This document shows positions 11,201 to 24,400 of a stretch of DNA of 64,000 nucleotides, piece by piece. This stretch comes from Octopus bimaculoides (lineage: Eukaryota), in contig NC_068983.1 of NCBI RefSeq assembly GCF_001194135.2, positions 76,891,558-76,955,557 on the forward strand, written 5' to 3'. Position 1 is the stretch's first letter. Every line of letters starts with the position of its first letter. A program made the position numbers and the translations under genes. The notes beneath the pieces were generated by a model. That model was not told where the DNA came from. It saw only the letters and a program-made list of their open reading frames with translations, and did no database searches.

Positions 11201-12823
11201 CTGTAAACTGGACTTATACTTTATACTGCTTGGATGTGACTCCTTTCTATTTCAATGGATGAGCAATCTTAGGAGACAAATATTTTATGACGCACTCATT
11301 TTAAAATTGGAGTTTTTGAAAGAAGGTCCGAGTGTCGAGTACAAGTTTGACTCTGAAATACTATTTAGTCGTATCTTCAAATACAGAAAGAGACATTATG
11401 TTAATATGCTCAGTTTAAACTATTTGTGCCAGTGAAGGAAAATCTTAAGCATTACATTATGTTTATTCCTCGTATATGCAGCTGATCTCATCTCATCCCA
11501 TCGAATATTTTTCTTCTCTATTCTTAGCGTGAAGATTGTTTTGCCGTTCTAGGAATAAAACATACTGTATCTTATACATTACATACAAGTAACTTCTCAC
11601 AGTTCATTAATATAATGATGATAATATTAAATTATTTCATTCTGTACAGAGCATTGGAAGGCATGTGGATTGCATACTAATGTACCGCCTGCTGCTCATG
11701 TTATTCATACTAAGAGTTAGAATGCATGCCCATGTACTCCAGTTTTTTCCGTCTCTTGAATTTCTCATTTTCTGTTGATAGTTTACTTAATTAACTTGTG
11801 CTCTACTAGTCTTGCTCCTACCTATTATTTACCATTTATTATGTACCATAAGCGTTATGTCGATTGCATTCGTCTGCCTTTTCATTAATCAAACACTGTA
11901 TTTTACCTCTGATAAAAACACTGACATGCAACTCACATTCTCTTCATTACCAAATAAGATTGCTCCCATAGGTTTTATCTGAAAGTATCTTTCAACGCTG
12001 TTCTGGAAAATGTATCGAAGTGTAACTCTGATTCCTTTTACAATGGGAGAAGAATTGCATGTGTCTGTGATCTAGCTCTATGGCTTTGTCACACATGCAA
12101 ACTAACTTGTTATTCGCTTCTTCCTTTATTGAACCTATCAGATTTTGTTATGAATTCTTCGCCCACTCTTCTCGTTTAGACACTTTCTGTTTAGAGACAG
12201 TGACGTTGCGACAATGTTACTCAGGATTAGAGAACATTGCAATTGAAATTCATAAGGCTTTTATCAATTACAGAGAGTGCTTTTCTAAACTCATTTAAGA
12301 GATGTTTGATGATCAATAACTAACTCTGACGAAGTTATTCATAGGGACAGTCTCTCCTGTTCTTTAATGGAATTTATAAGCCTTCTCCAAATACTATATT
12401 ATACTTGTACAATAGGATTCATAGCACAGTTACATTATGTTACAAAGTGTTGAGCCTGCTATGAACTCTCAGAATAAGTTCCTCCTATCACCACCCACTC
12501 CTTAAAACTGTGCATTTTCAACTAACAAATAAAGATGCTGGGATCACTGATTATTAACCGAATACAAATTGCCACTACACACTTGACTACTCAATAAACA
12601 TTCTCTTAGAAGTTTCTTTGACATGAGACTCAAATTAAGTTATAGTTTTCAGCGTAACCGGTATATTACCGTAAGTATTCACCTTACAACTCATATGCAG
12701 CATTTATTTCTTTTGACCGTGTTATTACATTATTCTGGAAAACATTGGATAACAATGTTTCTTTCTCTTCTTATATTTGAACCTATGCGTCTGTATATAT
12801 GTTAGTGTATGTATTTATACATG

Positions 12824-12866
<43 letters not shown>

Positions 12867-12909
12867 ACACACACACAGAGACATATATATATATATATAT
12901 ATATATATA

Positions 12910-13545
12910 CTGTATAATAACCTCCCAGACTCGTTCTATAGTGCGCCAACAGATGACAGCACGAGGTTGCACGTGCAGTGACAGATATCAGTAACCAATG
13001 CCGAGTGACATTGCTGTGTTGTCATCGGAAATTGTGGAATTTGTGTTTTTGTTATCACGTGTATGCTGCAGTGTGAAATTTTCTCACGAATAGGAACGGG
13101 AAGCCAACGTGAAATTTTGCGTTAAACTTGGGAGGTCTGCTAGAGAAACATTCAGCATGCTTCTACAAGCCTACGGTGACAGGCGCATCAAAATACAGAA
13201 TAACGTCGTTGGAAGGCACTCAGCGAATTGGAAGACCTGCAACGACCGTCACCTTCGGGAATGTGGTATTATGCATCGAGAATTCGTCCTCCAGGGGCCG
13301 AATGTGAATCGAGAGAGTTCTGCTGCGGCGTTTTGAAGCGTTGGTTGGTAGGAGGACATCCGACGAAAACGACCGGATCTGTGGAGCGCGAAGAATTTGA
13401 TTCTCCAGAACTGAAATGCTTCCTATCACAGCTCTTCTCACTCGCCAAAAATAATATGGAATCGCTTCAGTACCTGCCCTCTTCACCAGACTTAGCATCT
13501 GAAGGCTTCGATCCCTTCTACCAGAGAAAATATACCTCAGTGGTC
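12910..13545 (+). mobile_element. Internally deleted mariner relic
   Basis: KFCVKLGRSARETFSMLLQAYGD (HTH), GIMHREFVLQGPNVN and YLPSSPDLA (YSPDLAP motif). Confidence 0.85.
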
Positions 13546-14181
13546 ACCGTTTTCATACTGTTATCAATATTCAGTTTGAATAGGAGAAGACCCTAAACGC
13601 GTATACGGNNNNNNNNNNNNNNNNNNNNNNNNNNNNNNNNNNNNNNNNNNNNNNNNNNNNNNNNNNNNNNNNNNNNNNNNNNNNNNNNNNNNNNNNNNNN
13701 NNNNNNNNNNNNNNNNNNNNNNNNNNNNNNNNNNNNNNNNNNNNNNNNNNNNNNNNNNNNNNNNNNNNNNNNNNNNNNNNNNNNNNNNNNNNNNNNNNNN
13801 NNNNNNNNNNNNNNNNNNNNNNNNNNNNNNNNNNNNNNNNNNNNNNNNNNNNNNNNNNNNNNNNNNNNNNNNNNNNNNNNNNNNNNNNNNNNNNNNNNNN
13901 NNNNNNNNNNNNNNNNNNNNNNNNNNNNNNNNNNNNNNNNNNNNNNNNNNNNNNNNNNNNNNNNNNNNNNNNNNNNNNNNNNNNNNNNNNNNNNNNNNNN
14001 NNNNNNNNNNNNNNNNNNNNNNNNNNNNNNNNNNNNNNNNNNNNNNNNNNNNNNNNNNNNNNNNNNNNNNNNNNNNNNNNNNNNNNNNNNNNNNNNNNNN
14101 NNNNNNNNNNNNNNNNNNNNNNNNNNNNNNNNNNNNNNNNNNNNNNNNNNNNNNNNNNNNNNNNNNNNNNNNNNNNNNNNN

Positions 14182-14213
<32 letters not shown>

Positions 14214-14330
14214 ATAGAAAAGAACCGAAGTTCATGAACTCATCCATGAAAATCCACTGTCACATATAGAAAAAATCGATAAGTAAATACACTAAAAATA
14301 AGTATAATGAAATATAAAGTAAAAATCATA

Positions 14331-14378
<48 letters not shown>
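14331..14378. repeat. (AAT)n microsatellite
   Basis: Direct read. Confidence 0.95.
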
Positions 14379-14379
<1 letters not shown>

Positions 14380-15101
14380 TATATTTATATATACCTACAT
14401 ACAAACATACATATACACACAAAGGCACCCCCCCCCACACATATATAAATGCTCGTGTGCGTATATATGTTTATGTATATTTAAATTTGTATACACATGC
14501 GCGTATGCCAGGAAAATATTCTCATTCATGTATGTATTTTTGTATACATGCATTCTTTAATGTATTGTATACTTGATGGATGAAATACATTGCATATAAA
14601 TATATACGAGGAAATGTATGTAAAATCTCAATATGTTGCTTTACTAATTCATATATTTTAAATGACTGTTCTACAAAATAATTTATGATTTTGTTTTTGC
14701 TATAAGGTTATATTAAGTGCTACACACGCACATTCCCCTTATGGTAAACGTTGACAAATAAATTTAGATATGTTAAGTATCTAAACAAATAAACGTTTAT
14801 CCAACCACCAACACATTCAGAATAACAGTAAAATGTCCTTCAAGTCATACAGTACTATCTCTAAAAACGAAGGCTTCCAGTGGATATTATAATCAGAGCT
14901 AAATTATCTTGGGATGTTATATGAAATAGCCATACATATGTAAGGAAGATGAGAAAAATCAATCACGAATATGAAAACCTTAAACGTAAAACTTTGAGAT
15001 CATAGCCCGGAAAAAAATCATTCTCACTAAAATATTATTACACTCAAGATGTGAAGAAAAAAGATATAGCTTGATTGACATTTTAGAAAATCTAAATAAA
15101 T

Positions 15102-16107
15102 TATTTTATGTCGGGATGTTCATTTTTTTGGTCAAATAGACACATGCACTACATATTTGTTCTTCACTCGATTATTACTGTTGTTATTTAAATTTAAAAA
15201 AAAAAGTAACTCATGTTCATTGTCCAGAAATCTTTCGTCACACATCTGTGACCTCTTCAGCGACACTTTTCGTTTTCGTGTGTGCCCTTGCTCCAATTAC
15301 TCCATTCTGTTCTTCTAAGGTGTGTATCCTTATGCGTGCATGAGTTACTGTCCGTGTTTTTGTGTGTCCATGTGTGTGTATGTGGCTGTGTGTGTATGCT
15401 TGTGTGTGTGTTACTGTTCTTAGCAGCAGTATGGCCTCCCCCTCAGCCCCATCCTCTCACCCTATTCTGCTGCTGCTGTCCTAAGACCCGAAAATTTGGT
15501 ACAGTTCCTGTTTCTTTCTGTGTTTGTGTGTTCGCCCAGGGTCTTATCATCGTGGTAGTTGTTGTTTTTTTGTTATTGCCATCACGTCACCGGCGCTGCT
15601 GCTGTAGTTGTTATTCATGTTGTTGATATTGTTGTGGCAGCGGCGTTGACAACGATTGTAATAATAACAATAGCTCCAGCAATGGCAACACCGTCGGCGA
15701 ACATATAATTACAGAAAGATGCAGGAACTGTACCAAGACTTAGGACAGCAGCAGCACAATGGGGTGAGAGGCTAGGGCTGAGGGGAAGACCATAATGCTA
15801 CTAAGAGCAGTATCACACACACAAGCATACACACACATTCACACACATGCACACACACAAACACGGATGCAAGCGCATGCGCACATAAGGATAACTATCT
15901 TTGAAGAACAGAATGGAGTAATTGGAGCAAGTGCACACACGAAAACGAGAAGCGTCCCTGATGGGCTCACACATGTGTCACGAAAGATTTCCGGACAATG
16001 GACAAGTGCTAAAATTTAAAAAAAAACAGTTATATTCGAATGAAGAACGAATATATAGTGCGTGTGTTTATTTGGTAAAAGAAAAATGATTGTCCCGAAA
16101 TACAACA
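15102..16107. repeat. Long inverted repeat: ~410-bp arms (15102-15520 / 15710-16107) with a ~190-bp simple-sequence spacer
   Basis: The reverse complement of 15710-16107 aligns throughout to 15102-15520, e.g. CTCCAATTACTCCATTCTGTTCTTC and CTGCTGCTGTCCTAAG. Confidence 0.9.
15221..15265 (-). ncRNA. Minimal hammerhead-like motif in the TGTTATATTTCGGGA repeat family
   Basis: TGTCG-CTGAAGA-G-GTCACA-GATG-TGTGAC-GAAA-GATTTC|TGGACA. Canonical core, 6-bp helix II, UUC site. Helix I needs one bulge. Confidence 0.5.
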
Positions 16108-16694
16108 ATATCTGTTTCAACACACGATTTCACATCAGGCATCTTGCAAAACAAATTGATAAATATAATAATGAATGTCTTATACAATTATCTTAATTTT
16201 ATCAATTTAGTCTTTACATTCATCAATACAATTTCAAAATTTTCAGAGATGCAATTATATCTTATTTTATATACCAATGAAGAATTTTTGCCTTGAAGCT
16301 TCTTTTTAATCTCAACATCTATTTGTTTAAAATAGACTGATTTTCTCACAAGCCAATAAATAATTTTTGACTTTGTCTTTCAGAATTTAGCTAGCGTTAA
16401 TTGATTTTTAGGTCCTTGGATTCAGGTTACAAAAATGGCATATATAATGTATTATAAAATGTTTTTAAACACACACACACAGGCACACACACACACACAA
16501 GCACACACACACATCTACATACACACACCCACACACAAAAACACACACATACACACACATGCACACACACACACACACACACATTGGTATATAACCGAAT
16601 ATTTTTTGTTGCAAGGGAAATATAATTCGTCCTGTGTTGTAGGCTTAACACATATTTTGATGTGCCGAATTGCTTAAAAGTTTTCATTAAAATA

Positions 16695-16850
16695 TTGTAA
16701 TATTTCGGGACGCTCATCTTCTTTTTGCCAAATAAACACACGCACCTGATATTCGTTCGTCACATCAGATTATCATCGTCCATATATCATGTCGTTTGCC
16801 TGGAAATGTTTTGTCACACATCTTGTGACCTCGTCTGTAACTCTTCATCC
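16695..16850 (+). repeat. Further copy of the TGTTATATTTCGGGA family
   Basis: TGTAATATTTCGGGAC...CCAAATAAACACACGCAC...GTCACACATCTTGTGACCTC. Confidence 0.8.
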
Positions 16851-19744
16851 AGAGTACCTCCTCTTGGCAAAAGAAAAGCACCATCCTGCGATATAGCAAT
16901 ATCTGTTTCATAAAATGGTTTCACACTAGAAATCTTATAAAACAAAGACATAAAACGTAACTTAATTAAAATATTTCACCAGATAATATTAGATATTTGT
17001 AGATTTTACTCGTTAATATTTGGTTTTATTATGACTGGCAAAATCTTTTATTAAGACATATATTTTTAAAAAAATTATCTGAAGATTAATTATTGTTATC
17101 TCTAAATTTGTTTACCCTGTAAAATAAGCCCGTCATAAAAAGAGAAAATAGTTGTTGCCTTTCCTCAGGTCACAAGATATTACTGGGAAATCGATTCATT
17201 CTACTAAAAATTTCCCCACATAGCTGCAGTTTAATGAATGAAACGAGTAAAAGAAAAGATAATTCGCGTAACACTGGACTGATTTAGAGCGAAACCACAA
17301 AGTCAATGAGAGTACGACAATAACATACTGAAAATGGCTGTTTTCTTCTTTCAAGTTCGTTAATCATTATTAGTGATCAGTCTTATTATTACACACAGAC
17401 CAGAATATAAATGCACGGTTTGGTAAGCAGCTGGTTTCTCAACCCTGTTGATCCGTATATAAATATCTTCCACGACTCATACGTATCTTTCTATTAAAAT
17501 TTTGTCAATAGAATAGTGTGTAACATAGGTTGTGTAAGAATCAGAGACATAGTTTCACTTCAACCCAAAATGTCCTCAGTTACGAATATTAATTCGTGAC
17601 CATGTAGTCTGCATTGAAAGAGACTAATATCGCGTAGCCTACCTTATAAATGATTTTGATCTTCAAATATTGTAGTCTCGGAATGCTTTGCTTTAATGTC
17701 ATCATAGTTTTTTGATATTTTGTTATTGATTTAATTAAATTCTTGTAAAGACGTTGATGTCTCTTAGATACCACATAAGCACAAAACAGATTTTGCAATT
17801 TATGCTGCAGTGCATACAATTTCAACAACACATTCAACCATACATAACTTAATGACCCATACGTACAAACACACTCACGCACATATATTCTTAAGGGGTT
17901 CAAAACAAATAAGTATGTAAAGGAAATAATTGCTGCTTGAATATATATATGAGCAATTATTGATAAAAATATCTATTATAAGATCCACTTGAGAAGTCCT
18001 TTCGTCCCAGAGTGTTAAAGACTAGAAAGGATAATTAAATAATCGAAGTACGTTTGGAGGCTGAAGATGCAGTGAAAAAAAATCACGCTGACAATGGCCA
18101 TGTAGATAGGATGCAAGCCACAAAATTATATACGAAAGTAAAATTTGAAGTATCAGATAAAATACTAAAACCCAAAAGAAATTCTAAAAATACGAGAATG
18201 TTAATTAATTCTCATGAAGTTTGAAGTGGAGAAGAAGGAGATGAACAAATAAATGAAATAATGCAAAAAATGATGAACGGAAACTTTTGAAATGAATTTA
18301 AAGATGAAGTAGTTCCTTTATTTATTTTAAAAATATTGTGTGGCGTAAATGAATAAAGGACATTTGAATGGAAAGCTAAAAGAGAAAATGAAAAAAATTC
18401 AGAAAATATTCTGCTGTACTTTTCTACTTCAAGATTAAATTGATTCTGATTGAACAAAGTGAAGGGTGGAATTAAATCATTGAAAAGTATTGGCGACAAG
18501 TGAGTAGGATAAAAAATGAATATTCTACAGTATTAGAGCATACGCCATGGAGTGTGACTCTATATGTATGGAGTGCATGTGTATGTGTGCAATAAGTACT
18601 ACGGAATGTGCACAGGTTGTTACAAATAAACACTCAGGAACTCACTCAGTCATAGGCACACATACAATACATATATACACGAACACTCACACTCTCATAC
18701 TCCCAAATGTACAAACATGTCTCATATACATAATTACCCATACGTTTTGCGTTAAAGCTGTCTCTTATTCTTGATAGAATCCTACGAACAGTGCCATAGC
18801 ATATCGTATGCTTTGTGGATTGCAGAACCCATCCTCTTCCAGGTCACCTCACGAGACACAGGCATCGAGAAAATGAAAGGAGAAAAGACATTGAAGTAGA
18901 AAGATAGGAAGTGAAAAATAAATAAATAAATATATAAATTTAACTTCCTATGAATCAGAATGCTACATTATTTACCAAAGGAAATTTATGAAAGGCGGAG
19001 AGTATAGGACGCATATTGTCTGAAGTGCTAGCATTTCTAACAATGAGATGTTGGTATATATTTACTAGAACGAAGCTTGTAATGTTTCCTCCTTTACGTG
19101 AATCCAGTAAACATTTGCATGGATAAGTTACAATCAATGATATGGATATATATTAAACAAGTCATGGATAAAATCTTTAGATACATAAATGCATCTAGGA
19201 TTTATTTAAACGAATCATGACGCAATTATAAGATGAGTATTATTGTAGCTCATATTTAATTCGCATAGTTAACTGGAACTGACGGAAATGATGAAAGGAT
19301 AAACAAGCGTATAGATGCCGGAAGTTGTATACTGCCGATGATAAACAACTGGAAAAACTGGAAAGAAAATACACAGAATTAATGGATAATTTATTGAGAT
19401 TTGGATTGAAAAAAATTAAAGGTAACATCCTTGAAGAGAGAAAGTTTAATTAAGGACACGAACGTCACGCTCAATAAAGAAAGAAAGATGAAAGAATTAC
19501 AATGATCACAGTCTTTCAGTTAATTAGGAATCAATTAATTAGATAGTGTGTAACACGTACAGGACATAAAAAGGGGTAAGCAGCAAATATCAAAGAAGCT
19601 TTAGATTAATACGGAAACAAAACTAAATGCAAAATAATGACATAATAGCTATCAATGCTCCAGCGAGAGCAATGATAATTAATAGTTTATACTGTTTTCA
19701 ACTAGTCACTAAATTAATTACGTAGGCTAGACAGAAAAATAAAA

Positions 19745-19945
19745 GAAACGTTTGGATACCGGGCGAAATGCTTAGCGGTATTTTGTTTGTATTTACGTTC
19801 TGAGTTCAAATTCCACCGAGGTCGACTTTGCCTTTCACCCTTTCGGGGTTGATAATTTGAATACCAATTGCGTACTGGGTCGTTCTAATCGACTGGCTTT
19901 CTCACCCAAAATGTGGAACCTTGCGCCTAGAGGCGAAAAGAATAT
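19745..19945 (+). mobile_element. SINE copy (family of 53903-54141), 5'-truncated
   Basis: CCGGGCGAAATGCTTAGCGGTATTT...GAGTTCAAATTCC...GTCGACTTTGCCTTTCA.CCTTTCGGGGT. Confidence 0.85.
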
Positions 19946-20585
19946 AAATAAATATCAAACATTAAAAGAATAACAACAATACGGTTTTTTCTCTAGATCC
20001 TGGGGATCGAAAATATATTCTACAAAGAAGAGCAGTAATTGTTCAAACGGTAAAATTTAAACAAAAATTTAAGCGTTCATATAATTTATGCTAAACCAAC
20101 TAAGACAGAGAAATGGATTCAGGAGGAGAAAACCAAGAGGAATCAGGCCCAACGCATGATAATGTATTAGTAAATGAATATATATATTTTCTGCCGATTG
20201 AAACTGCGTCTCGCTGCATAGTGGATTTTGAAAAAAATTGAATGTATATTTTAGAAGACATGTGCTTTCTACCCCCTGTCTTGTAGATGTACGTTAATTA
20301 CTTGATGGCTGGTTACTGAAGAGAATTTGCATAGTGAATTATTTTATTTACTAAAAGATTCGAAACCTGTAGGTCTAACCGTTAAAAATAAGGTAAAAGT
20401 TTTAATTTTTCTTCCTTTTGAAATGTTTTAACTTTGCGGTTTTCGGTCGTTTTTGATTGTCTTCTAGCATGTAGAAGTTACCTGTTATGGGTAATTTCTC
20501 TTATACTTTATATTGAGTATGTTGTCTATTGACTTTTTTTACATGCTAGGCCACTGGTAGTATAACTCTGTATAATTTTGCTACA

Positions 20586-20629
<44 letters not shown>

Positions 20630-20689
20630 AATTTCAGAAAATCCTTATTATAAATTTAATAAGCTATCTACCAAAATTTGTTGTTCCGG

Positions 20690-21470
20690 ATGGAAGGAGA
20701 TGGGTAGATGTAATAACACACCCTATTAAACATTGTCAAGTGGATTACCCTATTAAACATGTCAAAATGGATCACCTTACACAATGCAGTCAAGATAGGA
20801 AGACAATTTAGAACCTCATTATGCAATAAAACTAGGCAAAATTCTACAGAAACTTATGAAATGCTCCTGGCTGCTTATGGATGAAATTGTATAAGCCAAG
20901 CTTCTGTTTTTCACTCGCTTGGCAAAACAGGTTTATCAAGAAGCACATGACGATCTCCTGTTTCGTCTTCATCGGCGTCATCTAAATTCACTGCGTTCCC
21001 TGTGGGAAGACGGTCAACAAAGTGTACTTGTTGGAGGTTCTGAATGAGTTTAGGAAACGGTTTCATTGCAAAAGCCAGAGCTCTTCCATTCAGGTTGGTA
21101 GCATCTAGTATCTTCAGCAAAACAATGCACTAGTCAAAAATTCCGTCCTGGTGACCGGCTACTTGACAGAGATGGGTATCACAGCTGTGCCTCCTCCTTC
21201 CTACCGTCCAGACCTTGCTCGCTGTGACTTTTGGTTGTTAAGCAGCTTGAAAGAGATGAGGGTGGTTGTAACAAGTATCATGGATACCTTTACTTTGGAG
21301 GACTTCCATGGGGCCTTCAGAAGGTGGCTTGAGCGATGCAACAGGTACATTGAGTTCAGAGAATACTACTTTGAAGGAGATTAGAATTTTCTACTTCTTT
21401 GAAATTAACATTAATATATGTTTTTTTTTTCTGGAAAGGTTTACTTGTAAGGTATCACCTGCAGTAATGT
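20690..21470 (+). mobile_element. Internally deleted mariner relic
   Basis: KLGKNSTETYEML..AYG, VLVTGYLTEMGITAVPPPSYRPDLARCDFWL and the C-terminal YYFEGD* typical of mariner transposases. Confidence 0.9.
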
Positions 21471-24400
21471 TCATGATTTTCATTGATGTATTTCTGATTT
21501 TGTTGTATTTCTATAAAATATATAATATGAAAAGAAGAAAGAAAAACATTACGTAGCAAGCCATTAATAACCATATTTTTTCAGTTCCAGTATATGTCTA
21601 TGTTACATTTTGTTAACATTTTAATTGTATAGAAAGTAAGTACATTCATTTCAATTTACTTGAATACCTTTAATCTTTTGCTGATTTTCTGTTTTACTAA
21701 GGATTTTCCATAGTTTACATGGAAATATGATAATTCAATTAATGATACATACCACGGTACCTCTCTAACAACTGAGAAATTATTATTTATATTTAACATA
21801 TCGTTATTAGATTTTACTTCTAATGATATTTCGATGAGCTTGGTTGACTTTTGTCAATATTTACTGAAAATAATTCTTAGGTTTTGTGTTTCTTTTGACA
21901 CATACACATTATTGCTTTTCATAGATTTCCCTCATTGTCGACCAAGTTTGTTCCATTATCATCGACTTCCATTATTTTGTATTTACATGCATATAGAGGA
22001 AAGTACATTTATGTTGAGGTTGAACATTTGGATCATTCGTGGACATAAATGCTTGCTTATTTCTTGCTTTGATTTGTATTTGTTATTGTTTGCTCTTAAT
22101 AACAATTATTTTGATGTTAGTTATGTGGTGAATGTTATATTTTACTTTGAGAACTCATGCGCTACACATTTGTTTATTGTGTTGGACTAACCATTTTACA
22201 TTGGAAAAGCTCACTGTTTGCTAAAGTAAACATAGACATTTTATATATGTACACATACATACACACAGGTAAATGTACATGCAGTATATTTTGTTCAAAT
22301 GCTTTATTGGTCTCTGGTAAATTATATGCACTCTTTATATGTTCAGTGCATGTATTTTGTGGTATATTTCCATTTACATGAGATATTTGTTTTTACATCG
22401 TTATAAATTTGCTTATATTTCTGTTAATTAGCTTTTTCTCTATATAGTGCATTATTTCTCGAGGACTCATACAAAAGTGTGTTCTTGTTTTACCTCAAAT
22501 TGCATTTATATTGTTGAATGGCATGAGCGAGAAAAACACTCTGTTATCATTTTTGAATTCCTAGTTCTCTTTGTTGTTTTCCTCTGAAAGGCATACATGC
22601 TAGCATAAAAAGTGGGGCTTCTGCAGAGAATTAATATCTCGTGTAATATCTATTACACCTGATTCTTGTAGAGTAACAGCTTCGTACTACTATTCTGTTT
22701 CTATTCGTACGCCTCATAACTGACGTGTTAGTTTTATTTTCTATTATTCACTTTGATTTAATTACGTCTTACTCATACATACGTTTCCATGATACATTAT
22801 AATTTGATTATAAGAAAAATGTATTTTCTGCATGGCCACTACGCAGGAGACATAAAATCTTCGTAATTGCAATTACTGTCGTTCGAATTGTAAAACTATC
22901 TGCAGTTATATTTTACGCTTCTTTTGCATTCAAAAATGCTACTAATTTCTGTTATTTACATCAACGTGCACTTCCTTACATAACCTATGGTTAAATTCAC
23001 GTGAGCGTTATATTACCTAATAAAATGCAGAAATTACTTATAATATCATAGTAATAATTTCCAACGTAGATGCACACTAAAAAATTTGGGAACAATCGAT
23101 TATGCCTACTTTCATATTAAATCTTTATCTTTTTGACTTCGGAAAAGTGAACGATTAAATCGTGCCAAGCGTGAATTGAACTTGCAGGTAAAATGTCATA
23201 AGTAAATATTGCAAAAATGTTTTCACCGGCTCAAACTATTATTGTATAAAGCAAACTTTTTAGTTCTAACCTTGGTGCAAGAACAGGAATTTGAAATGAA
23301 GCGGAAGTCAATTATAAGGTCTTCACTATGTCGCAAGTATTTCTTTATCGACATTCGAAATCTGAAACAAAAGATGACCTCAGAAACATGTAAAGTCAGA
23401 AGGCAAAGAGCAATTCGGAACAACTGCTACAAAGCATATGTACAACATTCTAAAGATATAACCAACAAACACCACAAATAGTATAAATCAGTTCTTTCTG
23501 ATATAGGAAGGTCAAGAATTTGAAGGTAGAAAAGGTTAGCCGATATCATCTTAATCATTGACTGCTATTTAAATTTATCGTTGACCATGGAAAAAATGAA
23601 AAGTAATGCTGATTGTGGCAGGATCTGAAGTTACTACGTAAGCAGACGCAACATATACTACAAGGTATTTATTACGAAGCTAAAGATTCTGCGAACAGAT
23701 CGCAAGACAATATAGAATATAATTTTGCCTTCCTTTTTATAATTAACAGATCAATGAGATTATACCTTGTTTTTACACGACAATTCACTTATTCTTCCGG
23801 ACATTCAGTATTAAATTCTTCCGTTCAAACCTAGTGATTCTAGTATTTCCGTACGCTTCTACTCGATTTTAGCACTGAATATTAAGAGCTGAAATTTTTT
23901 GTATTATCTCGGTAGTGACAGAATCGCAATATATTGATGATCATATTGAACGCAGGTATAGATAAAGAAATGATCCATAAAATGAATTTCAGATTAGTAG
24001 CATTTGCCCCTAACAGAAATGTTCTAGAAAATGTTCATGAATAATGTTTGGAAATATGTTGATCATTAGTGTTAGTTTGCAACAGTAATGACTTATGAGA
24101 AAGGCATTATCTGTGTGAGAGATTAAACCACAGAACTGCTTTTGCAGATTCGAATAGGCATTCGCATAGACATTAGAGAAGACAATGCAATCGAAGTTAT
24201 AGCTGCGAAAATATCACATGTTCAATATTTCACATGCATTGCATTGTTGGGTTTAAATGCACATTCTCAGGTAACAAAGGGAGTATAAGTCGTTTTATAG
24301 TCCCATATAATCGAGTTGTGACTTGGCAACAAAAAAACAAATTAGTGTGCTCCTGAGCAAACTATTTTGCGCTATCTTTTTGCTATTGACTTATGCATAT

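Noticed and set aside
11800-12550. Possible LINE RT relic (IAIEIHKAF resembling LDxxKAFD)
   Set aside because: Only one weak motif; the other RT motifs are not convincingly recoverable.
17535-17590. Minus-strand CTGAGGA...GAAACTATGTC hammerhead-like match
   Set aside because: Core and GUC are present, but helix II is mostly G-U pairs and there is no proximal helix I. At best a decayed relic.
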